A DNA stretch of 64,000 nt from Pristiophorus japonicus (lineage: Eukaryota): contig NC_091999.1 of the NCBI RefSeq assembly GCF_044704955.1, forward strand, positions 27,714,001-27,778,000. Direction: 5' to 3'. Positions within the stretch are counted from its first letter, which is position 1. The number at the start of each line of letters is the position of its first letter. Made by a program: the position numbers and the translations under genes. Under the pieces are notes generated by a model. The model worked only from the letters and a program-made list of their open reading frames with translations, did no database searches and was not told the DNA's origin. Shown in pieces: positions 12,293-24,490 of the stretch.

Positions 12293-15200
12293 TCATAGAA
12301 ACATAGAAAATAGGTGCATGATTAGGCCATTTGGCTCTTCGAGCCTGCACCGCAATTCAATGAGGTCATAAGAACATAACATAAGAATTAGGAACAGGAG
12401 TAGGCCATCTAGCCCCTCGAGCCTGCTCCGCCATTCAATAAGATCATGGCTGATCTGGCCGTGGACTCAGCTCCACTTACCCGCCTGCTCCCCATAACCC
12501 TTAATTCCCTTATTAATTAAAAATCTATCTATCTGTGACTTGAATACATTCAATGAGCTAGCCTCAACTGCTTCCTTGGGCAGATAATTCCACAGATTCA
12601 CAACCCTCTGGGAGAAGAAATTCCTTCTCAACTCGGTTTTAAATTGGCTCCCCCGTATTTTGAGGCTGTGCCCCCTAGTTCTAGTCTCCCCGACCAGTGG
12701 AAACAACCTCTCTGCCTCTATCTTGTCTATCTCTTTCATTATTTTAAATGTTTCTATAAGATCACCCCTCATCCTTCTTAAACTCCAACGAGTAAAGACC
12801 CAGTCTACTCAATCTATCATCATAAGGTAAACCTGTCATCTCCGGAATCAACCTAGTGAATCGTTTCTGTACCCCCTCCAAAGCCAGTATATCCTTCCTT
12901 AAGTAAGGCGACCAAAACTGCACGCAGTACTCCAGGTGCGGCCTCACCAATACCCTATACAGTTGCAGAAGGACCTCCCTGCTTTTGTACTTCATCCCTC
13001 TCGCAATGAAGGCCAACATTCCATTCGCCTTCCTGATTACCTGCTGCACCTGCAAACTAACTTATTGGGATTCATGCACAAGGACCCCCAGGTCCCTCTG
13101 CACCGCAGCATGTTGTAATTTCTCCCCATTCAAATAATATTCCCAATTTTTGTTTTTTTTCCCCAAGGTGGATGACCTCACACTTTCCGACATTGTATTC
13201 CATCATGGCTGAACATGCAACTTCAGTACCTCATTCCTACTTTCTCGCCATACCCCTTGATCCCCCTAGCAGTAAGAACTACATCTAACTCCTTTTTGAA
13301 TATATTGAGTGAATTGGCCTCAATAACTTTCTGTGGTGGAGAATTCCATAGTTTCGCCACTCTGAGTGAAGAAGTTTCTCCTCATCTCTGTCGTAAGTGG
13401 CTTACCCCTTATCCTTAGACTGTGATCCCTGGTTCTGGACTTCCCCAACATTTTTGAACATTCTTCCTGCATCTAACCTGTCTAAACCCGTCAGAATTTT
13501 AAACGTTTCTATGAGATCCCCTCTCATTCTTCTGAACTCCAGTGAATAGAAGCCCAGTTGATCCAATCTTTCTTGATATGTCAGTCTCGCCATCCCGGGA
13601 ATCAGTCTGGTGAACCTTCGCTGCACTCCATCAATAGCAAGAATGTCCTTCCTCAAGTTAGGAGACCAAACTGTACACAATACTCCAGTGTGGCCTCACC
13701 AAGGCCCTGTACACTGTAGTAACACATCCCTGCCCAGTACTCAAATCCCCTAGCTATGAAGGCCAACATGCCAGTAGCTTTCTTAACCGCCTGCTGTATC
13801 TGCATGCCAAACTTCAATGACTGATGTACCATGACACTCAGGACTCGTTGCACCTCCCCTTTTCCTAATCTGTCACCATTCAGATAATTGTCTGTCTCTC
13901 TGTTTTTACCACCAAAGTGGATAACCTCACATTTATCCACATTATATTTCATCTGCCATGCATTTGCCCACTCACCTAACCTATCCAAGTCACTCTGCAG
14001 CCTCATAGCATCCTCCTCGCAGCTCACACTGCCACCCAACTTAGTGTCATCCGCAAATGTGGAGATACTACATTTAATCCCCTCGTCTAAATCATTAATG
14101 TACAATGTAAACAGATGGGGCCCCAGCACAGAACCTTGCGGTACCCCACTAGTCACTGCCTGCCATTCTGAAAAATATCCATTTACTCCTACTCTTTGCT
14201 TACTGTCTGCCAACCAGTTCTCAATCCACGTCAGCACACTATCGCCAATCCCATGTGCTTTAACTTTGTACATTAATCTCTTGTGTGGGACCTTGTCGAA
14301 AAGCTTCTGAAAGTTCAAATACACCACATCAACTAGTTCTCCCTTGTCCACTCTACTGGAAACATCCTCAAAGAATTCCAGAAGATTTGTCAAGCATGAT
14401 TTCCCTTTCACAAATCCATGCTGACTTGGACCTATCATGTCACCTCTTTCCAAATGCGCTGCTATGAAATCCTTAATAATTGATTCCATCATTTTACCCA
14501 CTATCGATGTCAGACTGACTGTTCGATAATTCCCTGTTCTCCCTCCCTCATTTTTTAAAAAGTGGGGTTACGTTGGCTACCATCCACTCCATAGGAACTG
14601 ATCCAGAGTCTATGGAATGTTGGAAAATGACTGTCAATGCATCCGCTATTTCCAAGGCAACCTCCTTACATACTCTGGGATGCAATCCATCAGGCACTGG
14701 GGATTTATCGGCCTTCAATCCAATCAATGTGCCCAACCCAATTTCCCAACTAATAAGAATTTCCCTCAGTTCGTCCTTCTTACTAGACCCTCTGACCCCT
14801 TTGATATCCGGAAGGTTGTTTGTGTCCTCCTTAGTGAATACCGAACCAAAGTACTCGTTCAATTGTTCTGCGATTTCTTTGTTTCCCGTTATGACTACCC
14901 CTGATTCTGAGTGCAGGGGACCTACGTTTGTCTTTACTAATCTTTTTCTCATTACATATCGATAGAAGCTTTTGCAGTGCGTTTTAATGTTCCCTGCAAG
15001 CTTCTTCTCGTACTATATTTTCCCTGCCCTAATCAAACCTTTTGTCCTCCTCTGCTGAGTGCTAAATTTAGCCCAGTCCCTGTGTTCGCTGCTATTTCTG
15101 GCCAATTTGCATGCCACTTCCTTGGCTTTAATACTGTCCCTGATTTCCCTTGATAGCCACGGTTGAGCCACCTTCCCTTTTTATTTTTATGCCAGGCAGG

Positions 15201-16167
15201 GATGTACAATTGTTGTAGTTCATCCATGCAGTCTCTAAATGTCTGCCATTGCCCATCCACTGTCAACTCCTTAAGTATCATTCGCCAATCTATCCTAGCC
15301 AATTCACGCCTCATACCTTCAAAGTTACCCTTCGTTAAGTTCTGGACCATGGTCTCTGAATTAACTGTTTCATTCTCCATCCTAACGTCGAATTCCACCA
15401 TATTATGGTCTTCCCCAAGGGGCCTCACATTACACATTCCTCGCTCATTACACAACACCCAGTCTAAGATGGCCTCCCCCCTAGTTGGTTCCTCGACATA
15501 TTGGTCCAGAAAACCATCCCTTATGCACTCCAGGAAATCCTCCTCCACCGTATTGTTTCCAGTTTAGTTAGCCCAATCTATATGCATATTAAAGTCACCC
15601 ATGATAACTGCTGCACCTTAATTGCATGCACCCCTAATTTCCTGTTTGATGCCCTCCCCAACATCACTACTACTGTTTGGAGGTCTGTACACAACTCCCA
15701 CTAACGTTTTTTGCCATTTGGTGTTCTGCAGCTCTACCCATATAGATTCCACATCATCCAAGCTAATGTCCTTCCTAACTATTGCATTAATCGCCTCTTT
15801 AACCAGCAATGCTACCCCACCTCCTTTTCCTTTTATTCTATCCTTCCTGAATGTTGAATACCCGTGGATGTTGAGTTCCCAGCCCTGATCATCCTGGAGC
15901 CACGTCTCTGTAATCCCAATCACACCATATCTGTTAACATCTATTTGCACAGTTAATTCATCCACCTTTTTACGGATACTCCTTGCATTAAGACACAGAG
16001 CCTTCAGCTTTGTCTTTTTAACACACATTGTCCCTTTATAATTTTGCTGTAATGTGGCCCTTGGGATTCTCTGCCCTCCACTTTTACTATTCTCCTTTCT
16101 CTCTTTTGCCTCTGTCTCCCTTTTATTTCCCTCTGCCTCCCTACATAGGTTCCCATCCCCCTGCCAT
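12293..16167 (-). mobile_element. Long CR1 LINE (element A), endonuclease plus RT ORF2, decayed
   Basis: LNARSIRKK..GITETW, VVYRPP, PQGSVLGP, FADDTK; 3' UTR and tail at 12293-12369. Confidence 0.92.
12367..13203 (-). mobile_element. 5'-truncated CR1 (element B) nested in the 3' UTR of element A
   Basis: Own TTCTTATG-type tail and RPHLEYCVQFWSP region; host UTR resumes at CATGGCTGA 13204. Confidence 0.85.
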
Positions 16168-16548
16168 CTGAATTTGAAATTGAATCATGCTACTGATTCC
16201 AAGGGGATCTTTTACTTGGAGATTGTTTATTAATCCTGTCTCATTACACAGGACCAGATCTAAGATAGCTTGCCCCTTGGTTGGTTCCGTTATATACTGT
16301 TCAAGGAACCCATCCCTTATGCACTCGATGAACTCTTCCTCAAGGCTACCTGACCAATTTGATTTGTCCAATCAATATGGAGATTAAAATTACCCATGAT
16401 TACTGCTGTTCCCTTTTTACTAGCCCCACTATTTCCTGGTTTATACTCTGACCAACAGAGTTGCTGCTGTTCGGCGGCCTATAGAATACACCCACCAAGT
16501 GACTTTTTCCCTTTATTATTCCTTATCTCCACCCAAACTGTTTCAGCA
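16165..16548 (-). mobile_element. CR1 ORF2 fragment (element C, 5' piece)
   Basis: TVWVEIRNNKGK; EEEFIECIRDGFLEQYITEPT..AILDLVLCN. Confidence 0.8.
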
Positions 16549-16741
16549 CACAGCCGATGTAATCAACTGGTTCTCCTTAGATAATAAAGACCACATATAT
16601 TTAATTGCAGTTCCAAACCTACAACAATACCAAAGATTTCTTAAAGAAAATAAAGTCACATATCCACCAGCCAATCACTTACCTGCTTGGCTGTGACGTC
16701 ACACTTCGATTTCGATTTTTTTTCACTTTATGTTCCTGCTG

Positions 16742-17185
16742 CAGCTGGCCTCCTCCTGACTGCTGCCCTTTGTACTCCCGCGTTCACTCAGGTCTCGCGA
16801 TGCTGGCCTCCTCCTGACTGCTGCCCTTTGTACTCCCGCGTCCGCTCAGGTCTCGCGATGCTGGCCTCCTCCTGACTGCTGCCCTTTGTACTCCCGCGTC
16901 CGCTCAGGTCTCGCGATGCTGGCCTCCTCCTGACTGCTGCCCTTTGTACTCCCGCGTCCGCTCAGGTCTCGCGATGCTGGCCTCCTCCTGACTGCTGCCC
17001 TTTGTACTCCCGCGTCCGCTCAGGTCTCGCGACGCTGGCCTCCTCCTGACTGCTGCCCTTTGTACTCCCGCATCCAATCAAGTCTCGCGATGCTGGCCTC
17101 CTCCTGACTGCCGCTGCTCCAAGCTGCCACTACCCTTTGTACTCCCACGTCCGCTCAGGTCTCGCGATGCTGGTCTCCTCCCGAC
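16742..17185. repeat. 58-bp CpG-rich minisatellite, about 7 copies
   Basis: GCTGGCCTCCTCCTGACTGCTGCCCTTTGTACTCCCGCGTCCGCTCAGGTCTCGCGAT starting at 16802, 16860, 16918 and onward. Confidence 0.95.
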
Positions 17186-17349
17186 TATTCCACAGAAGCA
17201 CGGGGTTTGTCTGCTTTTATTGATGAATTTAACAAGTCTATATTAAAAGGATGAATTTTAAAAATCTGCATTAAAATGTGAGCCAGTGGGTTGTGAGCCC
17301 CAGGGCATTGTGTCCACGGCAAACGAGCCAAATGTGGGCAGCAGAAATG

Positions 17350-17661
17350 TTACAAGGACACCCTCACAGCTTCCCTGATAAAGTGCGACATCACCACTGA
17401 CACCTGGGAGTCCCTGGCCAAAGACTGCCCTGGATGGAGAAAGTGCATCCAGGAGACATTGAGTACTTTGAGTCTCAATGCCGAGAGCATGAAGAGGTCA
17501 AGTTCAGGCACGGAAGGAGTGTGCAGCAAACCTGTCCTGCCCACCAGTGACACAGTCTGTGGTTCTCGTATTGGACTGTTTAGCCACCAAATAACTCACT
17601 TCAGGAGTGGAAGCAAGTCTTCCTCGATTCCGAAGGACTGCCTATGATGATGATGATGATG
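17350..17661 (+). mobile_element. RTE-clade LINE 3' end
   Basis: KDTLTASLIKCDITTDTWESLAKDCPGWRK motif and (GAT)n tail. Confidence 0.75.
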
Positions 17662-17764
17662 TGTCCAAAAGGGCGCACAATAAAGGCCCATAGCCTCCCC
17701 TGGTCCCAAGCCCTGAACAAGGGACTGCACAAGGTCGCGCCCTGTGGCTCAGACAATCAGTGAC

Positions 17765-17936
17765 ACAAATCCCGCCCCTCGGGCTCCCCAATTGGTTGGA
17801 GGACCTGTCGCTGGCTCGTTCCTCCAACCCCGATCCGCTCGCTCCGCATTGGCGCTGTGCCGGACGCTTTTCCCGGTGTGCATGCGCAGACTCTCGGCTG
17901 TCAATCACCAATCAGGCAGCTCAGCTGCTGGTGAGA
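17765..17936 (+). promoter_or_regulatory. CpG-rich promoter and first exon, probably of the ZNF gene at 19346
   Basis: GC box, CCAAT/ATTGG boxes, TGCATGCGCA (NRF1-like), candidate donor G|GTGAGA at about 17931. Confidence 0.5.
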
Positions 17937-18084
17937 CCTGTGATATCATCGAATCCCTGACATTGACAGCACAGAAGGAGGCCATTCAGCCCACCGTGTC
18001 CCTGCCGGCCGGCACAGAGCTCTGCAGCCTAATCCCACTGTACAGCTCTTGGTCTGTAGCTCTGTAGGTTACGGCACAATAAAG

Positions 18085-18510
18085 AAAGCCGTACATTTAT
18101 ATAGCGCCTTTCACGAACACCGGACGTCTCAAAGCTATTCACAGAGAATGAAGTACTTTTGGAGTGTAGTCACTGTTGTAATGTGGGAAAGGCGGCAGCT
18201 AATTTGTGACCAGCAAACTCCCACAGACAGCAATGTGATAAAGACCAGATAAACTGTTTTTGTTATTTTATTAAAGGACAAATATTGGCCACGACGCCGG
18301 GAGTAGCTTCCCTCCTCTTTTTCGAAATAGTGCCATGAGATCCTTTACGTCCACCAGAGAGAGAGTTGACCAGGCTTCGGTTTAAAGCCTCATCCGAAAG
18401 ATGGCTCCTCCGACAGTGCAGTGACACTGGAGTGTCAGCGTAGATTTTTTGTGCTCAAGTCTCTGGAGTGGGACTTGAACCCACAACCTTCTGACTCACT
18501 GAGCCACAGG
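18085..18510 (-). mobile_element. DeuSINE-like SINE
   Basis: Core GCAGCTAATTTGTG..CAGCAAACTCCCACA..AGCAATG shared with copies at 20640, 43455 and 59730; tRNA-like B-box end. Confidence 0.7.
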
Positions 18511-18519
18511 TGACACCTC

Positions 18520-18987
18520 TGCTAAGACAAATAGGTCCTTCGTATCCACTCTATCTAGGCCCGTCAAGTGCATATCCAAGTACTTTTAAATGTTATGAGG
18601 TTTTCTGCCGCTACCATCCTTTCAGGCAGTCAGTTCCAGACTCCCACCATCCTCTCGGTGAAAAGATTTCTCAAATCCCATCTAAACATTTCACCAATTA
18701 CTTTAAATCTATGCACCCCCAGCGATTGACCCTCTGCTAAGGGAAATAGATCCTTCCTATCTACTCTATCTAGGCCCCTCATAATTTTATACACCTCAAT
18801 GAGGTCTCCCCTCAGCGTCCTCTTTTCCTAAACAAACAACCCCAGTCTATCCAATCTGTATTCATAGCTAAAATTCTCATGTCCAGGCAACATCCTCGTA
18901 AATCTTTGTACCCTGAGTGGTGCAATCACATCTTTCTTGTAATGTGGTGACCAGAACTGCACACAGTACTCTAGCTGTGGCCTAACT
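18520..18987 (-). mobile_element. CR1 3' fragment
   Basis: Reverse strand reads LEYCVQFWSPH..RRLRGDLIE. Confidence 0.75.
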
Positions 18988-19260
18988 AGAACCTAGCCAG
19001 AGTCAGCACCTTCAGGGGAGGGGAACCAGTGAGTGTAGAAATGAAACCAGCCAGAGTCAGCACCTTCAGGGAAGGAGAGGGAGGGGAACCATTGAGTGTA
19101 GAACTGAATCCAACCAGTGTCAGCACCTTCAGGGGACGAGAGGGAGAGGAACCATTGAGTGTAGAACTGAATCCAACCAGTGTCAGCACCTTCAGGGGAG
19201 GAGAGGGAGAGGACCCAGTGAATGTAGAACTGAACCCAGCCAGAGTCAATACCTTCAGCA
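18988..19260 (+). repeat. ZNF-associated 54/63-bp minisatellite
   Basis: Repeated GAACCAGTGAGTGTAGAACTGAACCCAGCCAGAGTCAGCACCTTCAGGGG. Confidence 0.9.
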
Positions 19261-19345
19261 AGAAGGAAAAAATATTGGCAATGATGTAATGGGTTTGGAT
19301 TTCAACATGGGGAGTAGGGATGACTTTTGTAAACTCCTTTTTCAG

Positions 19346-20374
19346 GGGATTAGAAGGGGAAGATTTGCAGATGGGAAACTGGAACCAAACATCACCAAGA
19401 TCTCACAGAGTCACTTGATCCACCGCAACATGAATATCATTGGCCTTTGAATGTGGAAGGAGAAATGTTTGTCTCTTCTGCCTGCAGGCAAATATTCCAA
19501 ACATCAGTGTGACTGCAAAAGCACTGAGACACACACAGCCGAGTGAGAGTGTTCCATGGCACTGCCTTTGGAAAGAGCTTTAACCAGTTACACAGCCTGA
19601 AAAAACATCGCACCATTCACAGCGCAGATAATTTGTAAACGTATTGTGTGTGGGCGAGGCTTCAACTGATCATCCAATCTGGAGAGATACCAGCAGCATG
19701 GAGAAACCGTGGGAATGTGGAGACTGTGGGAAGGGATTCAGTTACCCGTTCTGAGCTGGAAATTCACAAGCGCATTCACACTGGGGAGAGGCTGTTCACC
19801 TGTTCAGAGTGTGGGAAAGGATTCACTCGGCCATCCCACCAGCTGAGACACCAGCGAATACATACCGGGGAGAGGCAGTTCATCTGCTCCATGTGTGGGA
19901 AGGGATTCAGTGATTCATCCAGCCTACTGGCACACCAGCCAGTTCACACTGGGGAGTGGCCATTCACCTGTGTCCGTGTGTGGGAAGGGATTCACTTGTT
20001 CATCCAACCTACTGGCACACCAACTTGTTCACACCAATAAGAAACCGTTTAAATTTTCTGACTGTGAGAAGAGCTTTTAAAGCAGAAATGATCTGAGGAA
20101 ACACCAATGCACTCACACTGGGGAGAGGCCGTTCACTTGCTCCGTCTGTGGGAAGCGATTTACTGCTCCATACAACCTGCTGACACACCAGCGAGTTCAC
20201 ACTGGGGAGAGGCCGTTCACTTGCTCAGAGTGTGGGAAGCGATTCACTCAGAAATCCAACCTGCTGACACACCAGCGGGTTCGCACTGGGGAGAGGCCAT
20301 TCACCTGTTCCATCTGTTGGAAGGGATTCACTGCCCCATACAACCTGCTGAGACACCTGCGAGTTCACAAGTGA
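19346..20374 (+). pseudogene. C2H2 zinc-finger pseudogene, frameshifted
   Basis: Same acceptor and leader as the 1854 exon; MEKPWEC start; fingers split across frames; ends RVHK-stop like copy 1. Confidence 0.85.
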
Positions 20375-20639
20375 CTGCAGGGTTGGATTCTGCTGTGAAT
20401 CACATCAGGACTGAATCGTGTTCATTCTGACAGTCGGGCTGTGTTTCCCCTGTAACTGGGCTGGATTTAATGTTCTGGATGTTCTGACAAATGTTCTTAA
20501 TGTTCTGACAAATAAATCAGCTTTGGTTCCAACACACAGTGTGTCGATTCCTTGAATTCTCCAATATAAGAAGAGACTAATTGTTGTACTGTTACTAACT
20601 GTTCCTTTTTTGGAACTTTTCTCCTTCATTTAACAAAGA

Positions 20640-20885
20640 CCTGTCCTTATGCAGCACCTCACATGACCTCAAAGTGCTTTACAGCCAATGAAGTGCAACA
20701 ACACCAAAGTACATTTGAAGTGCATTCACTGTTGTAGTATAGGAAATGCAGCAGATGATTTGCACACAGCAAGCTGCCATGAACAGCAATGGCCAGAGAA
20801 TCTGTTTGAGTGATATTGGTTGAGAGCTGATGGGGCCTCGGTTGAACGACTCATCTGAAAGATGGCAACACTGACAGTGCAGCAA
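20640..20885 (-). mobile_element. DeuSINE-like fragment
   Basis: GGAAATGCAGCAGATGATTTGCACACAGCAAG core. Confidence 0.65.
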
Positions 20886-20889
20886 TCCT

Positions 20890-21185
20890 GTGCAGTACCT
20901 GTCCTGGGAGTGTTTGATGGGACAGTGTAGAGGGAGCTTTACTCTGTATCTAACCCGTTCTGTACCTGCCCTGGGAGTGTTTGATGGGACAGTGTAGAGG
21001 TAGCTTTACACTGTATCTAACCAGTACTGTACCTGCCCTGGGCGTTTTGATGATACCGTGTAGAGAGAGCTTTACTCTGTATCTAACCCGTGCTGTACCT
21101 GCCCTGGGAGTGTTTGTTGGGAAAGTGTAGAGAGACCTTTACTCTGTATCTAACCCCGTGCTTTACCTGCCCTGGAAGTGCTTTA
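20890..21185 (+). repeat. About 67-bp dispersed minisatellite family
   Basis: CTGTACCTGCCCTGGGAGTGTTTGATGGGACAGTGTAGAGGGAGCTTTACTCTGTATCTAACCCGTG units; also at about 36240, 47820-48235 and 58410-58910. Confidence 0.9.
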
Positions 21186-22454
21186 GGCAGACACAAGGTG
21201 CTCAGAATGACCCATTCCCAAACACTGACATCCATCACATCGATGAGAACATCATTTAACCCAAAGATAAGGAAAACCCATCGGTTCCTCCCCTGGACAC
21301 AGATCCGGAGGGACAGTGAGTCTCCCGAACATTGTTGTACAGTGTGTTCGATAGCTCACCCCTGGGTCTGAGCCTTTTAGTGATGATTTGAATTTGATGC
21401 CCTCGAGTTGCTGACTCACCGACTGGTATAAATAGTTTTTCCTCACTTACCGATCAAACTTTGAACACCTCCCTCAGATCTCCAATGACCCTTTGTTATA
21501 ATGAAAAGAGTTCCAGTTTCTCCAATCTGCCCTGATAACTAAAGCCTCTCTTCCCTGGTATCATCTCAGTGAATCTCTCTGCACCCTCTCCATGGCCTCG
21601 ATATCCTTCCTGGTGTAAGATCCCCAAAACCTGACACAATACTCGAACTGCAGCCTAACCAATGATTTGTGCACGTTTACATGACCTCTGCCCTTTTGTA
21701 CTACACAGCCCTATTTATAAACCATAGGACCCTTTGTGCTTCTTTAACCACGTTATCAACATAAAATGGCTAAAATACATTGACTTTGACTTAAATGTGC
21801 ATCATGGGAAAGATAAGTTTAGTCTGAGTTAGAAACTCAAACAATCGATTCACTGCAGACAGGTCACCATGGCAACACTGATAAGACATTCCATTCACTG
21901 AAACCACAGTTGCAATCTGTAATCAGATCAGGGAAAAGAACAGGGTTTGTCTGTGAGTAACCAGAATGTAAGCTTAAACCAGAGTGAGTAACACAATAGA
22001 TTAGAATATAACGTGTGATGCTTATACCTATAATTGTGAAACTATAAGAACTAACAACTAACAGCAGGCAGGGGAGTTTAGGGATAATGAGAAAATTATT
22101 GAAGAAAAGTAACTGCTGGGAACCAGGGAAAGTGTCCTTGTAAATCACGGATTAGAGTCGTTCTAGCTGTCTTTTCCTCGTATCCTGCCCAAACCCAGCA
22201 GACAAGACAAAGAAGAGTCCAGTGCCAGAGATGGACCAGTGCAGGGCATAAAAGTGAGGGGTGACTGATGTACGAGGGCAGTGGGGACTAGAGACACCGG
22301 AGATCAAGCTCAGGGCACCCGAGGTACCATCCAGCGGACTGACCTGGTGTCAGTTACTGTGGACACGCGGGACTTGCATCTTTACTCTGATGTGGTAGAG
22401 CACAGAGAATCTGCTCAAATTACAGTTCTTAAAATCTTAATGTTTCTAATAATA

Positions 22455-23180
22455 ATCATTGAATATATTTAAGGTGGAGATAGACATATTTTTGAGCGAT
22501 CAGGGAGTGAAGGGTTATGGGCAGCGGGCAAGGAAGTTGATTAGAGGCCAGGATCAGATCAGCCATGATCTTATTGAATGACGGAGCAGACTCGAGGAGC
22601 CAGATGTCCTACTCCTGCTCCTATTTCTTATGTTCTTGTGTTCTAACACTCGTCTCTCGATCCTCAATAAGACATGGAATTAGCTGGAATCCTACAATCC
22701 TAAATCTCTCTGATCCTCTACTCCATTGAAAGTTTTACCATTTAATATACATTTCCTCCCTTTTTTCTTCATCCCGAAATCTATCGCAGCACATTTCTCT
22801 GCATTAACTTTCATTTCACATCTACCTGCCCAATTATTAACCTGTGTATTGACAATGAAGGCACTTAAAGTCCTCTTCACAGTTAGCCATGGACCCTTTT
22901 TGGTGTTCCCTGGAGATTTTGATTGTGTGCCCCATATACCCAAGCCCAGATCATTTCTCTATATTGAGCAGAGCAATGGTTCCAACACTGACTCTGGGCT
23001 CACCACTGTTTACATCCCCCCAGTCTGAAGAACCTCCATTAACCGCCACTCTTTGTTTTCTGCCCTTGACCCAACTTCCTCTCCACGCTGCCCCACTCCC
23101 TTTAATACTGTGAGCATTAATTTGGTCAACAAGCCTCCTGTCCGGCATCTTATCAAACACCTTTTGACAATACATCTACA
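22455..23180. mobile_element. Two CR1 fragments (+ strand 3' tail; - strand RT piece)
   Basis: CCTACTCCTGCTCCTATTTCTTATG tail; QKVFDKMP..RKQRVAVNG. Confidence 0.7.
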
Positions 23181-23429
23181 CAACATTTATTTCCTTTCTC
23201 ACTGCACTGTGTGATTTTCTGAAACCCTGCTGCCTGTCCTGAATGAATCCATTTCACTAACAGATGATGCAATGTTTACTCCACCCCACAGGGTTCCATC
23301 TGTTTAAGCCACAACACAAAATCCCGATTTCTCCTGGAGTTTAAGAGACAACACGCCGCATTATCCGCTGCACCACAACCACCCGCCAGTTTCAGACACA
23401 GACTCTGGGACCAGCAGGAAGTGCTGGGA

Positions 23430-23920
23430 AATCCCCAGCGAGTTAGGGAGTGTCTATAATGGAGGAGAAATGGGGAGTGGTCAGGGAGTGTCTGTAAATG
23501 GAGGAGAAATAGCAACTGGTCAGGGAGCGTCCGTAAATGGAGAAATGGGGACTGGTCAGGGAGCATCTGTAAATGGAGGAGGAATGGGGACTGATCAGGG
23601 AGTGTCTGTAAATGTAGGAGAAATGAGGCCCGGTCAGGGAGTGTCTGTAAATGGAGGAGAAATGAGGACCGGTCAGGGAGTGTCTTTAAATGGAGGAGAA
23701 ATGAGGACCGGTCATGGAGTGTCTGTTAATGGAGAAATGGGGACCTGTTAGGGAGCGTCTGTAAATGGAGGAGAAATGGGGACTGGTCAGGAAGCATCTG
23801 TAAATTTGGGAGAAATGGGGACTGGACAGGGAGTGTACGTAAATGGAGAAATGGGTACCGATCAGGGAGCGTTTGCAAATGGAGGGAAAATGGGAATTGT
23901 TCAGGGAGCGTCTGTAAATT
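23430..23920. repeat. 36-39-bp purine-rich minisatellite
   Basis: GGAGAAATGGGGACTGGTCAGGGAGCGTCTGTAAATGGA units. Confidence 0.9.
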
Positions 23921-24117
23921 AAGTAGAAATTACTATTTTTAGTGAACAAATGTATAATTTCCCGTGTCCCAGCTCCTGTAAATACTGGCCGTAAAGGGAT
24001 CGAATCCTCAGGAGGCTCAACACTGCTGGCTGTTCATGAGTCAGTGATCTAGCATCACATTCATGGGCTTCTGCTGTGTGTATTTAATAAAGTGTCAGGA
24101 GCATTTCACAAACAGTG

Positions 24118-24490
24118 AGGAACCAGTGAGTGTAGAACTGAACCCAGCCAGAGTCAGTACCTTCAGGGGAGGGGAACCAGTGAGTGTAGAACTCAACCCA
24201 GCTAGAGTCAGCACTTCAGTAGAGGGGTACCAGTGAGTGTAGAACTGAACCCAGCCAGAGTCAGTACCTTCAGGGGAAGGGAACTAGTGAGAGTAGAACT
24301 GAACCCAGCCAGAGTCAGTACCTTCAGGGGAAGGGAACCAGTGAGTGTAGAACTGAACCCAGCCAGAGTCAGTACATTCAGGGGAGGGGAGCCAGTGACT
24401 GTAAAACTGAACCCAGCCAGAGTCAGCACCTTCAGGGGAAGGGAACGAGTGAGAGTAGAACTGAACCCAGCCAGAGTCAGTACCTTCAGG
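24118..24490 (+). repeat. ZNF-associated 54-bp minisatellite, about 7 copies
   Basis: Same unit as 18988 and 11435. Confidence 0.9.

Noticed and set aside
21800-22430. Possible solo LTR
   Set aside because: TATA-like motif only; no partner, PBS, clear termini or target duplication
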